Positions 46,327-55,833 are shown, counted from the first letter of the stretch. The stretch is 64,000 bases of DNA from Bacteroidales bacterium (GCA_016290295.1 JAEETJ010000001.1:160883-224882), one strand, 5' to 3'. Translations and numbers: made by a program. Notes: generated by a model from the letters alone, not told the origin.

Positions 46327-46652
46327 GTTTGTTCACCTTCTCCACCGCAGGCCTAATGCTGGCCGTTATGGCACTGACCACCTACACCATCAGGGTAACA
46401 CCTATGGCCATCTTCCACCGTAAATTAGAGAACCGCTGGTTCAAGGACTTCATGTTCTACATTCCTTTCTGCGTGCTGGCGGCCATGACCTTCCCCGATG
46501 TGATCTATTCCACCAAGAGCCTGACTTCCGGCATTGTGGCTACTGTAGTTGCCCTTATCATGTCATGGCGCAAACGCGACCTGCTCACCGTCGCCATCGG
46601 TGCCGTCGCCGCCGCCGTGCTGGTGGAGTACCTGAAAATTGTGATGTTTTAA
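46323..46652 (+). CDS. azlD: AzlD-family branched-chain amino acid transport protein
   Basis: 109 aa with four hydrophobic helices. It overlaps the azlC stop by 4 nt. Confidence 0.8.
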   Translation: MSLFTFSTAGLMLAVMALTTYTIRVTPMAIFHRKLENRWFKDFMFYIPFCVLAAMTFPDVIYSTKSLTSGIVATVVALIMSWRKRDLLTVAIGAVAAAVLVEYLKIVMF

Positions 46653-46653
46653 T

Positions 46654-46739
46654 AGTTAAGAATTAAGAATTAAAAACTAAGAATTAATTCAGCATCCAGC
46701 AACTTGACCCACTTAATTCTTAACTCTTAGTTCTTAATT
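46654..46739. repeat. TTAAGAAYTAAGA-word hairpin after azlD
   Basis: agttaagaattaagaattaaaaactaagaattaa ... ttaattcttaactcttagttcttaatt. Confidence 0.8.
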
Positions 46740-46740
46740 T

Positions 46741-46832
46741 AATTGGCACATTAAAATCATTTGCTAATTTGCTAATTAACTAATTTGCTAATTTCATTGG
46801 CACATTAGCACATTGTCTCATTGGCACATTAA
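46741..46832. repeat. ATTTGCTAAT / ATTGGCACATT word array
   Basis: aattggcacattaaaatcatttgctaatttgctaattaactaatttgctaatttcattggcacattagcacattgtctcattggcacatt. Confidence 0.8.
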
Positions 46833-46857
46833 TCAACATTCCCCTGTGGAAAGCATC

Positions 46858-46880
46858 ACGGCCTTCGGGCCGTTTTTTTG
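46858..46880 (+). terminator. canonical intrinsic terminator after the azlCD operon
   Basis: acggcc-ttcg-ggccgt followed by ttttttt. Confidence 0.8.
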
Positions 46881-46949
46881 TTGATAACTTCCTCTTTTTT
46901 CCAAAAGTTTCCATTTTTTTCCAAATTTCTCCGAAAATCAACATCAAAG

Positions 46950-46959
46950 TGTGGAAAAA
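46950..46959 (+). promoter_or_regulatory. TGTGGAAAAA box 1; candidate MraZ operator
   Basis: One of three exact copies of this 10-mer within 225 bp upstream of mraZ. Confidence 0.4.
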
Positions 46960-47095
46960 ATTGGAATATTTTTCCAGTTTATAATTTAAAATACTGATTT
47001 ACTGTTATTTATTTCAAATTGAAATAAATCGAATTTATTTGTTGAATATCAATATTTTAAGCAAATAAACATCTTTCCTTAATAATTTTTCCCTT

Positions 47096-47105
47096 TTTTT
47101 CCACA
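47096..47105 (-). promoter_or_regulatory. TGTGGAAAAA box 2, inverted; candidate MraZ operator
   Basis: Exact reverse-complement copy (tttttccaca). Confidence 0.4.
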
Positions 47106-47162
47106 TTGATTTTCAGATACTTATATAAAAATATCATCTTTTTTAGTCCAAAAAATAAAAAT

Positions 47163-47172
47163 TGTGGAAAAA
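47163..47172 (+). promoter_or_regulatory. TGTGGAAAAA box 3; candidate MraZ operator at the -33 position
   Basis: Exact copy, ending 16 nt before the mraZ -7 box. Confidence 0.45.
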
Positions 47173-47188
47173 GTATTGAAAAAAGCTA

Positions 47189-47196
47189 TATCTTTG
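47189..47196 (+). promoter_or_regulatory. -7 box (tatctttg) for mraZ and the dcw operon
   Basis: Exact match to the consensus, 23 nt upstream of the ATG at 47219. Confidence 0.6.
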
Positions 47197-47218
47197 CCAC
47201 GATAAAAACCAAAGAAAA

Positions 47219-47707
47219 ATGCCAAAATTCAATTTCGGTTATTATGAAGCTGCCATCGAGAAGCATGGGCGTGTGAAATTACCCACCATGCTCTTGAAGT
47301 CATTGGATGAAGATGACCGCAATTGTTTTGTAGCAACCCATGGTTTCGGCAATCATGTAACCCTATGGACCATGAAAGCATACGAGAGACAAATGGAGTT
47401 CCTCAATTCTTTGGACAGAAACATTATAGCAATCAAGAAATACCGCAACGCATTTCTTACGCGCAATACCTTTGTGGAATGTGACTCCCAAAGCCGCCTT
47501 GTCATCCCAAAATTCTTCATGGATTACTATAACATTGACCGAGAGGTGGTTATGCTTTTAGATGATGGCAAAATTGATGTTTGGAACAGCGAGGAATACC
47601 ACAAAGAGTTCGACATGAAACCAGAAGATTTGAACGAGTTGAACGAAGCCATTCATCTTGGCCTTTATAACACTGCGCGAAAGGAGGAAACCAATGAGTT
47701 ACCATAA
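47219..47707 (+). CDS. mraZ: division/cell-wall cluster transcriptional regulator MraZ (divergent)
   Basis: First gene of the dcw cluster, with two SpoVT/AbrB-like halves. The DxxxR motifs are degenerate (EKHGRVKLP and DSQSRLVIP). Confidence 0.8.
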   Translation: MPKFNFGYYEAAIEKHGRVKLPTMLLKSLDEDDRNCFVATHGFGNHVTLWTMKAYERQMEFLNSLDRNIIAIKKYRNAFLTRNTFVECDSQSRLVIPKFFMDYYNIDREVVMLLDDGKIDVWNSEEYHKEFDMKPEDLNELNEAIHLGLYNTARKEETNELP

Positions 47708-48593
47708 TCCGGTCCTCCTTGCGGAATCTGTTCGTCAACTTGTTACTAATCCTTCTGGCTCATATATTGATGTCACCTTTGGCGGTGGCGGCCACTCACG
47801 GAAAATTTTGGAAAATCTTTCCCAGGAAGGTCGTTTGCTGGCCTTCGACCAGGACCCAGACGCCTCCAACAACGCTATTGACGACGAACGCTTCCAATTT
47901 GTTCCAAGCAACTTCCGCCATCTGAAAAAATTCGCCCAGTACTACAAATTCTGCCCCGCCGACGGCATTCTCGCAGACCTCGGCGTGTCCTCCTACCAGT
48001 TCGACACCGCGGAACGTGGCTTCTCACACCGCTTCGACGGCGACCTGGACATGCGTATGAACAAACAAAAAGGCGTGTCCGCCCGCGAAATCATCAACGG
48101 CTATGCCCCTGAGAAACTGGCCTCCATCTTTTATAGCTACGGAGAACTTCCTAACGGCAAACAGCTTGCCCGACAAATTGTCAGCGAACGCGAGAAGGCA
48201 GCTATCAACACCACCGGCCAACTGGTCGCCGCTGTCACCCCGATGCTGCCCAAAGGCAAAGAGAACAAGGTGCTGTCACAGCTGTTCCAAGCTATCAGAA
48301 TCGAGGTAAATGACGAGATGACCGTACTGCAGGAAATGCTGAGCCAAACCATAGATTGCCTGAAACCTGGCGGACGCTTGGTGGTGATTGCCTACCACTC
48401 GTTGGAAGACCGTTTGGTCAAGAATTTCATGCGCTCGGGTAAATTCGAAGGCGAGGCAGAAAAAGATTTCTTCGGTAACCTGCTGACCCCTTTCACCCTG
48501 GTCACCCGCAAAGCCATCGTGCCCGACGAGAATGAAATAGCCCTCAACCCCCGCGCCCGCAGCGCCAAATTACGTGTAGCAGAGAAAAAATAA
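47694..48593 (+). CDS. rsmH: 16S rRNA (cytosine1402-N4)-methyltransferase
   Basis: YHNPVLL, TFGGGGHS, DLGVSSYQFD, FQAIRIEVNDE, YHSLEDRLVKNF, NPRARSAKLR. Confidence 0.93.
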   Translation: MSYHNPVLLAESVRQLVTNPSGSYIDVTFGGGGHSRKILENLSQEGRLLAFDQDPDASNNAIDDERFQFVPSNFRHLKKFAQYYKFCPADGILADLGVSSYQFDTAERGFSHRFDGDLDMRMNKQKGVSAREIINGYAPEKLASIFYSYGELPNGKQLARQIVSEREKAAINTTGQLVAAVTPMLPKGKENKVLSQLFQAIRIEVNDEMTVLQEMLSQTIDCLKPGGRLVVIAYHSLEDRLVKNFMRSGKFEGEAEKDFFGNLLTPFTLVTRKAIVPDENEIALNPRARSAKLRVAEKK

Positions 48594-48602
48594 AAACCAG
48601 CC

Positions 48603-48974
48603 ATGATAAGCACCAACAAACAGGAACCCAAACAAGCCAAAGCCAAGGGCGACAGCTTCTGGAAGCAACTGCTCTCCGGCGACTTCCTGTTTGCCAAAGG
48701 AACCATCCGCTGGTACCCCTACATCGCCTTCGTATTCATACTCCTGGTTCTGATTGTCATCAACGAACACTCAATGGATGCCAAAAGACAACGCATCAAA
48801 GAGCTGGAGACAGAATACAAACAAACCATCGGTGTGTTGAAACACAACAACCAATACATCCTCTACGATGAGAATCAGAAGCTGATTCAAATGCTGAACG
48901 ACAGAGGATTTGAAAAGAACGACAAGCATATATACAAAATAGTAATTCAAAGACCGAAAGAAAATGCAGACTAA
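48603..48974 (+). CDS. FtsL-like cell division protein
   Basis: A single TM helix followed by a coiled coil, in the conserved slot between rsmH and ftsI. Confidence 0.6.
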   Translation: MISTNKQEPKQAKAKGDSFWKQLLSGDFLFAKGTIRWYPYIAFVFILLVLIVINEHSMDAKRQRIKELETEYKQTIGVLKHNNQYILYDENQKLIQMLNDRGFEKNDKHIYKIVIQRPKENAD

Positions 48975-51198
48975 CGAAGGAACAGATAACAAGCGTTTCT
49001 CGGCAAGGATGGGAGTGATCTTCCTCTTTGTGCTTTTGCTGGGCTTAGGCTGCATCGGCAAAATTCTGCATTTGGTCATTTTCCAACGCGCTCTCTACAG
49101 CGGAACCTCCTCCAAATGCCTCGACAAAACTCAGGAAGGCTGGGAGGATAATCCTCTGGCACAAGACGAAAATTGCGACTGCTATGTGGTGGCCAATAAT
49201 GTCCGCCCGGTCCGCGGTGAAATTTACGACGATCACAACCGCGTGATGGTGAGCAATGTCACTGTTTTCGACCTCACCTTAGACGGACGCATTTTCGCCG
49301 CCAAAGATACCATATATACTCATTCCGCTACTAAACTGAACAAACTCATTGAGCAACTGAGCGCAGAATTCTACAATCACTTCCAACACAAATTTCCCAA
49401 ACACGACCTACAATACTACCGCCGCAAATTCACCATTGCCTTGGCGGAGCAACGCAACGCACTCATTCTGCAATCCAACGAAAGCAATGAAAATCAATGG
49501 GTCACCTCCGAAGACACGGCTTTCATCAATCATCTGCCCATGTTCTCCGAAAAACCCTGCAAACGCTGTGTCAACTACACCTTCCGAACTGTCCGCATCA
49601 ACCCATACGGAGACTTGGCTAAACGAACTTTGGGTATGAACCTTGGCGACCGCCAATACGGCATGGAATACTATTTCAACGAACAGTTAGCCGGTATTGA
49701 AGGCTCGCGCAAGTATCTGTATGTCAACAAAGCCCGCCTTCCCTTAGATGAATATGTGGAACCCATTGACGGCTGTGATTTGCATACCACTCTGAATCTT
49801 GAAATCCAGAACATTGTTCATAATGAACTGAATGCCAAATTGATAGAATGGAATGCCGACTGGGGTTGCGCTGTGGTCATGGAGACCAAAACCGGAGAAA
49901 TCAAAGCGCTCTGTAACTTGCGCCGCGCCAACAAAGATGGTACCCAATATACCGAGAGTGACGAATATGTGTTAAATAAGATGGTAGAACCCGGCTCTAC
50001 CTTCAAAATCGCTTCCGCCCTCGCCTATTTGGAGAAAAAGAACGGAAATGATGACCAGCGATATCCCATTTTATACCATGAATTTGAACGGAAAAGCAAG
50101 GATGGAAGCAAAACCTACAAATTCATCAAATACGATGAGAGAGGCAAAGCGGAGGACCGTGGCTATCCTATCGACATTATCCAGCGTTCTTCCAATGTAG
50201 GTATCGCCTCCATGATTTTTGACGCATTCGGAGACGACAATTACAAAGCCTATCTGAACAAAATTGACCAGCTGTATATCACCACCTCATTCTCAACGCA
50301 GTTGGGCAAAATCCAAGCACCCAATATCAAACGTAATGCCAAGGATTTCCATACCTATTACAATACCTGTTTCGGTGCCGGTTTTACCATGACACCCATT
50401 CAAACCTTAGTATATTACAATGCCATTGCCAACAATGGCAAGATGGTCGCCCCTCTCTTTGTCAAATATGTGACCAGAGCCCATGAGACTGAACCCATAC
50501 AGACTTTCGAAGCCGAGGTCATCAACGAGCAAATATGCAGTCCCACAACCATAGCAAAAGCCAAAAGTTATCTGGAAGCTGTTGTCACTGGTGAGCACGG
50601 CACGGCACGTTACTACCGCAATCCAAACTTCACTTTTGCTGGCAAAACAGGCACTCGTGACATTTGGGATGAAAACATCAAGGCTTACAATTACAGCAAA
50701 AACAGTGTCTCTTTCTGCGGTTATTTTCCAGCTGACGACCCACAATATACCTGCCTAGTTTTCATGTACAACGTGTCAAAGAAAAGTTCCATCGCTGTAG
50801 ATGTTTTCGCCCGTATCGCCCGAAACATTATGAACACCACCAACTTCGGTGCCTTGCAAAATGTTAACCGAGAGCATGGCACCAAGCTGCCCAGAACTCA
50901 TGTGGTCAATTCAGAGGAATATAAACTCATCATGGAAAATCTGGGTATCGCTTATCCTTCTAGTCAACTGCCAGTGCCTTATGTCACTTCTGGATTGAGA
51001 GACGACTATTCGGTCATGCTGAAAACACCCAAATTCAAAAGTGGCGACAAAATGCCCGATGTTTCGGAGATGATTGCCTCTGATGCTGTCAGCGAGCTGA
51101 TACGAGCCGGTTATCAAGTGAAAATCTATGGTTATGGTGTGGTACGCCGACAAGTTTTGGACAAATCAACCAACACTGTAAGTTTGTATTTAGAATAA
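48964..51198 (+). CDS. ftsI: penicillin-binding protein (FtsI/PBP3-type transpeptidase)
   Basis: SxxK (GSTFK), SxN (RSSN) and KTG (GKTGT) motifs, an N-terminal TM anchor, and dcw context. Confidence 0.9.
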   Translation: MQTNEGTDNKRFSARMGVIFLFVLLLGLGCIGKILHLVIFQRALYSGTSSKCLDKTQEGWEDNPLAQDENCDCYVVANNVRPVRGEIYDDHNRVMVSNVTVFDLTLDGRIFAAKDTIYTHSATKLNKLIEQLSAEFYNHFQHKFPKHDLQYYRRKFTIALAEQRNALILQSNESNENQWVTSEDTAFINHLPMFSEKPCKRCVNYTFRTVRINPYGDLAKRTLGMNLGDRQYGMEYYFNEQLAGIEGSRKYLYVNKARLPLDEYVEPIDGCDLHTTLNLEIQNIVHNELNAKLIEWNADWGCAVVMETKTGEIKALCNLRRANKDGTQYTESDEYVLNKMVEPGSTFKIASALAYLEKKNGNDDQRYPILYHEFERKSKDGSKTYKFIKYDERGKAEDRGYPIDIIQRSSNVGIASMIFDAFGDDNYKAYLNKIDQLYITTSFSTQLGKIQAPNIKRNAKDFHTYYNTCFGAGFTMTPIQTLVYYNAIANNGKMVAPLFVKYVTRAHETEPIQTFEAEVINEQICSPTTIAKAKSYLEAVVTGEHGTARYYRNPNFTFAGKTGTRDIWDENIKAYNYSKNSVSFCGYFPADDPQYTCLVFMYNVSKKSSIAVDVFARIARNIMNTTNFGALQNVNREHGTKLPRTHVVNSEEYKLIMENLGIAYPSSQLPVPYVTSGLRDDYSVMLKTPKFKSGDKMPDVSEMIASDAVSELIRAGYQVKIYGYGVVRRQVLDKSTNTVSLYLE

Positions 51199-51212
51199 AA
51201 AAAAACATAGCA

Positions 51213-52691
51213 ATGAAAGCCTTATCATTTTTATTGCAAAACATTGGAAATTACGAGATTATAGGAAGCATCGACCGTCAGGTGGAAGCCATTACCTTTG
51301 ACTCGCGCAAGGTAACTGCTGACCATCCAGACACACTTTTTGTTGCCCAACGCGGCACCCAAGTTGATGGCCACAGCTTCATCGGCAAAGTCATTGAACA
51401 AGGCGGACGCATGATTGTTTGCGAGGAAATACCCGAAACATGCGGCTGTACGACTCTACCACAAGATGTTACCTTCATTAAGGTGCCCAACAGCGACATA
51501 GCTCTTGGACTCTTAGCCAGCGCTTTCTATGATTTTCCTAGCCAAAAACTGCATCTGGTGGGTATCACTGGCACGAATGGCAAAACCACTACTGTGACAC
51601 TGCTGTATCGTTTATTCCGCCAGATGGGCTATCCAACAGGTCTTCTCTCCACCATTGAAAATCGTATTGAAGATACCATTATACCTACTAACCACACCAC
51701 TCCCGATGCCATTGAACTGAATGAGTTATTGCACAAGATGGTAGAAACCGGCTGTCAATACTGCTTTATGGAGGTCAGCTCACATGCCATCTGCCAGCAC
51801 CGCATTGCTGGACTGCATTTTTCAGGTGGCATCTTCAGCAACATCACCCATGATCATTTAGACTACCACAAAACCTTCGCCGAATACATCAAGGCCAAGA
51901 AGAGATTCTTTGACGAATTGCCCGAAACAGCTTTCGCTTTGACCAATATCGATGACAAGAACGGTTTGGTGATGACGCAGAACAGCAAGGCTAAAGTTCA
52001 TACTTACAGCCTGTTGAAAGCCGCAGACTTCAAGGGTGTCATCATGGACAATGACTTCACCGGCTTGCAGATGACTATCAACGGACAAGAGGTCTTTTTC
52101 AAGCTTTGTGGACGTTTCAACGCCTACAACCTTTTGGCCATTTATGGTGCTGCCATCCTGTTGGGCATGAATAGTGAGGAAGTGCTGCAGCAAATGAGTG
52201 GTTTAGGCAGTGCGGCAGGACGATTCCAGCTGATACGCAACAACGAAGGCGGCTCAGCCATTGTGGATTACGCCCACACTCCCGATGCCCTGAAGAATGT
52301 GCTGTCCACCATCAACGACATTACCCAGCACAGTGTGAATATCATCACCGTGGTAGGCTGTGGCGGTGACCGCGACAAGCTGAAACGACCTGAGATGGCT
52401 GCCATCGCTTGCGAGCTCAGCGACAAAGTCATCCTGACTTCCGATAACCCCCGCACCGAGAAGCCCGAGGACATCCTCAACGACATGCTTGCTGGGGTTT
52501 CTGCCGACCAGAAACGCAAAGTGCTGGTTATTGAGAACCGCCACGAGGCCATCAAAACCGCCTGTATGCTGATGCAGGGCAAAGATGTGCTGCTGGTCGC
52601 CGGCAAAGGCCACGAAAACTACCAGGAAATCAATCATGTGAAACACCATTTTGACGATACCGAAGAAATAAAAGCAAACTTCAATCTTTGA
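51213..52691 (+). CDS. murE: UDP-N-acetylmuramoyl-L-alanyl-D-glutamate--2,6-diaminopimelate ligase
   Basis: Mur ligase P-loop GITGTNGKTT, DYAHTPDAL, and the DNPR motif (TSDNPRTE) that indicates DAP specificity. Confidence 0.93.
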   Translation: MKALSFLLQNIGNYEIIGSIDRQVEAITFDSRKVTADHPDTLFVAQRGTQVDGHSFIGKVIEQGGRMIVCEEIPETCGCTTLPQDVTFIKVPNSDIALGLLASAFYDFPSQKLHLVGITGTNGKTTTVTLLYRLFRQMGYPTGLLSTIENRIEDTIIPTNHTTPDAIELNELLHKMVETGCQYCFMEVSSHAICQHRIAGLHFSGGIFSNITHDHLDYHKTFAEYIKAKKRFFDELPETAFALTNIDDKNGLVMTQNSKAKVHTYSLLKAADFKGVIMDNDFTGLQMTINGQEVFFKLCGRFNAYNLLAIYGAAILLGMNSEEVLQQMSGLGSAAGRFQLIRNNEGGSAIVDYAHTPDALKNVLSTINDITQHSVNIITVVGCGGDRDKLKRPEMAAIACELSDKVILTSDNPRTEKPEDILNDMLAGVSADQKRKVLVIENRHEAIKTACMLMQGKDVLLVAGKGHENYQEINHVKHHFDDTEEIKANFNL

Positions 52692-52714
52692 ATTAAGAAC
52701 TAAAACTAAAAACC

Positions 52715-53974
52715 ATGTTATATTATCTTTTCGACTGGCTTCATGGGCACAATTTCCCCGGTGCGGGAATGTTCCAATACATTTCTTTCAGAGCCGCTCT
52801 CGCCATCGTGCTATCGCTCTTTATCTCTTTGATTATTGGTAAAAGCGTCATCAAAAAACTGCAAAAAGCACAGATTGGCGAAACCATACGTGACCTCGGC
52901 CTCGAAGGACAACTTCAGAAAAAAGGAACCCCTACCATGGGCGGTATTATCATCATCGCTTCCATTATCATACCTGTTCTGCTGGTCAACAAATTGGACA
53001 ACATTTATATTATATTGATGATATTCACCACTTTATGGTTGGGTTGTCTGGGCTTTGCCGATGATTACATCAAGGTATTCAAGAAAAACAAAGAAGGTCT
53101 TTCAGGAAAGAAAAAATTGATTGGCCAAATCATTTTAGGTTTGATTGTAGGTATTGTGATGTGCTTCCACCCTGATGTGGTTATCAAAGAGAAAGGTTCC
53201 GTTGAAAATAAACAAATTGAAACCACGGAGGTTGTTAACAATGACATAGCCAACCATAACACCAGCGTTTTCAGCAGAATACCAGCACAGCACAACTCTA
53301 CCAAAACCACCATTCCATTTGTCAAGAACAACGAATTCGACTATGCTTGGCTGACCAACTGGACAGGAGATAAGACAGGTTTGCTTTCCTCATTGGTTTA
53401 CATTCTTGTCGTGATTTTCATCATTGCGGCAGTTTCCAACGGGGCCAACCTCACCGATGGGCTGGACGGTTTGGCCATAAGCACCGCAGCTATAATTTGC
53501 ATAGGCATCGCCATATTGGCATACGTGTCTGGTAACAGCATTTTTGCCGACTACCTAAACATCATGTATATTCCCAATATCGGTGAATTGGTAGTCTTCA
53601 TTGCCGCCTTGCTCGGAGCTTGTCTCGGCTTCTACTGGTGGAACTGCTTCCCCGCGCAAGTATTCATGGGTGATACCGGCAGTCTCTCCCTCGGTGGCAT
53701 CATCGCTGTTTTATGCATCATCATCCGAAAAGAATTACTGATTCCCGTTCTTTGCGGTATCTACCTCATCGAATCAGTTTCCGTCATCATACAGACAAGC
53801 TATTTCAAATATACCAAGAAAAAAACTGGTGAAGGCAAGCGCATTTTCCTGATGGCACCCATTCATCACCATTATCAGAAAAAAGGCATGCATGAAACCA
53901 AAATCGTACAGCGATTCATCATCATCGGCATCCTTTTGGCAGTAATTTCAGTAGTAACATTAAAAGTAAGATAA
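52715..53974 (+). CDS. mraY: phospho-N-acetylmuramoyl-pentapeptide-transferase
   Basis: MraY motifs ([32 protein letters not shown]). Confidence 0.95.
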   Translation: MLYYLFDWLHGHNFPGAGMFQYISFRAALAIVLSLFISLIIGKSVIKKLQKAQIGETIRDLGLEGQLQKKGTPTMGGIIIIASIIIPVLLVNKLDNIYIILMIFTTLWLGCLGFADDYIKVFKKNKEGLSGKKKLIGQIILGLIVGIVMCFHPDVVIKEKGSVENKQIETTEVVNNDIANHNTSVFSRIPAQHNSTKTTIPFVKNNEFDYAWLTNWTGDKTGLLSSLVYILVVIFIIAAVSNGANLTDGLDGLAISTAAIICIGIAILAYVSGNSIFADYLNIMYIPNIGELVVFIAALLGACLGFYWWNCFPAQVFMGDTGSLSLGGIIAVLCIIIRKELLIPVLCGIYLIESVSVIIQTSYFKYTKKKTGEGKRIFLMAPIHHHYQKKGMHETKIVQRFIIIGILLAVISVVTLKVR

Positions 53975-53977
53975 AAT

Positions 53978-54535
53978 ATGGCAGCACACAAAAACATCGG
54001 CTACAACGCATTTCCGACAACCGACAACCGCAGCAGCATGGCCGCTGCATTAGCAGGAAAACTACTCAACGCACGTAACGAAAGCTTAAACGACTCCATG
54101 TCCGACTTCGAGGGCAGTGCCAACAAATTGGAACTGGTCAAGAGCATCGAGGGCATCGACTTCATCAACGACTCCCGCTCTACCAATGTCAATGCAGTAT
54201 GGTTCGCCCTGGAAAGCATGACCAAACCCACCACCTGGATCATGAGCATCGAAGACCGTGACAGCATCAACGATGACTTGGTGGATATCATCAAAGAGAA
54301 AGTGAAACATATTGTCATCATGGGCGTTTACAAACCCGAAATCTTTGATTTCTTTGCCGATCAGGACATTGCCGTGGACTTTTCCATGAACATGGAAGAC
54401 GCTGTCCGCACCGCCTATTATGCAGCAGCTTCCGGCGACGCCATCCTCTTCGCCCCTGGTACCACCAGCTTCGGCATGTACCGTACCTACCGTGAAAGAG
54501 GCGACAAGTTCAAAGAAGCCGTGGCACAGTTATAA
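53978..54535 (+). CDS. MurD-like protein made of the C-terminal Mur-ligase domain only (N-terminal and ATP-binding domains absent)
   Basis: 185 aa. By eye it aligns to the last ~150 aa of MurD: NKLE where HR(F/L)E is expected, FINDSRSTN where NDSKATN is expected, and LFAPGTTSFGMYRTYRERGDKF where LLSPACASFD.F.N.E.RG..F is expected. It starts 3 nt after the mraY stop. There is no P-loop. Confidence 0.7.
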   Translation: MAAHKNIGYNAFPTTDNRSSMAAALAGKLLNARNESLNDSMSDFEGSANKLELVKSIEGIDFINDSRSTNVNAVWFALESMTKPTTWIMSIEDRDSINDDLVDIIKEKVKHIVIMGVYKPEIFDFFADQDIAVDFSMNMEDAVRTAYYAAASGDAILFAPGTTSFGMYRTYRERGDKFKEAVAQL

Positions 54536-54536
54536 A

Positions 54537-54621
54537 TTAGGTAACAGGTTTCAGGTAACAGGTTTCAGTAATTAATTTCTGATGCCTGTAATCTGACACC
54601 TAACACCTGTAACCTATAACC
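54537..54621. repeat. CAGGTNN-word imperfect hairpin between murD' and ftsW
   Basis: ttaggtaacaggtttcaggtaacaggtttcag ... ctgatgcctgtaatctgacacctaacacctgtaacctataacc. Confidence 0.8.
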
Positions 54622-54625
54622 TATC

Positions 54626-55699
54626 ATGAATTTGCGGGAGAAAATAAAGTTCAACGGAGACAAGGGCATTCTGGCCATCACGATTGTGCTGTCCCTGATA
54701 TCGATTCTGGCTGTGCTGAGCTCGGCCAAATCGACTCATGTGTTCGTGCACCATCTGATTAATATCGCCCTCTGTTTCGCAGGCATGTTCATCGCCTATA
54801 AAATCAACTACAGGGCGTTGTCACGGCTGGCAATTTTTTCCCTTGTATTGGCAGCCATCCTGCTCTTCGCCACCTTGGTATTCGGTAATGAGGAGCGACG
54901 AGGTATCCGTATAGGTTCTTTCGAAATTCAGACCTTCTACTTTATCGGTTTCTTAGCTATCTTCTTTATTTCCAAATTTTTAGCGGTTCGTATCAACAAT
55001 GACTCCGATATGACCCTGCAAGATGTGTCAGGTTTGTTTATTGTAGTACTTCTCTTTACTGGCGGCATGGCCCTCAGCAACATGTCCACCGCCATCATCT
55101 TTTTCGCCACCAGCTTGGCCATCATGTTTTTGGGGAATGTCAAAGCCAAACACCTGCTGCTATTTTGTGCGGTGGCCTTCTTTTTCGGTTCCATCTATCT
55201 TTTTGGCACCGACTCGGGCCGTTCCAGTACCTTCCGCCACCGCTGCCATTATTATCTTACCAATGACAATAGCGAAGGTTATGGCGACCAGATGATCAAG
55301 TCCAAAGCTGCCATTGCCCGTTCGGGATTGCTGCCAGCGGGCCCAGGACAGGGTGTCATCAACAAAAACCTGCCCGAAAAAGACACAGACTATGTGTTCA
55401 CCACAGTAACAGAAGAGTTAGGTATCTCCGCAAGTTTACTTATCCTGATTTGTTACCTCATCTTGTTTTACCGATCCATACTCATCGCCAAACGTGCCGA
55501 AGGCCCCTTCGGAATGCTCTTGGCAGTAGGTATCGGTTTCTGGTTCTGTTGTCAAGGCTTGGTACACATCGGCGTCAACTGCGGGCTCTTGCCCGCCACT
55601 GGCCAGACACTGCCCTTCATCAGTCGCGGCGGTGCCTCCCTGCTCTTTGCCGGCATCGCTACCGGCGTGCTGCTGAATATCAGCAAACAGGAAGCGTGA
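54626..55699 (+). CDS. ftsW: SEDS-family peptidoglycan glycosyltransferase FtsW (short, somewhat divergent)
   Basis: About 9-10 TM helices, SEDS blocks (DTDYVFTTVTEELG, LPATGQTLPFISRGGAS), and dcw context. Confidence 0.8.
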   Translation: MNLREKIKFNGDKGILAITIVLSLISILAVLSSAKSTHVFVHHLINIALCFAGMFIAYKINYRALSRLAIFSLVLAAILLFATLVFGNEERRGIRIGSFEIQTFYFIGFLAIFFISKFLAVRINNDSDMTLQDVSGLFIVVLLFTGGMALSNMSTAIIFFATSLAIMFLGNVKAKHLLLFCAVAFFFGSIYLFGTDSGRSSTFRHRCHYYLTNDNSEGYGDQMIKSKAAIARSGLLPAGPGQGVINKNLPEKDTDYVFTTVTEELGISASLLILICYLILFYRSILIAKRAEGPFGMLLAVGIGFWFCCQGLVHIGVNCGLLPATGQTLPFISRGGASLLFAGIATGVLLNISKQEA

Positions 55700-55754
55700 T
55701 TAATTAGCAAATTAGCAAATTAGTTAATTAGCAAATTATTTTATGTGCTAATAG
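55700..55754. repeat. ATTAGCAAAT word array immediately after the ftsW stop
   Basis: ttaattagcaaattagcaaattagttaattagcaaattattttatgtgctaatag. Confidence 0.8.
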
Positions 55755-55759
55755 AATTT

Positions 55760-55833
55760 GGGGGGGTCTCGGGCTTTGCCCTCGAGGGGAGTTTCGCTGT
55801 GCTCAAGGGGAGTCTCACTTTGTTCGAGGGGAG
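55760..55833. repeat. GGGGAGT-framed mini-hairpin array (solo copy)
   Basis: GGGGGGTCTC-GGGCtttGCCC-TCGAGGGGAGT..TCAAGGGGAGTCTC..TCGAGGGGAG. Confidence 0.8.
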
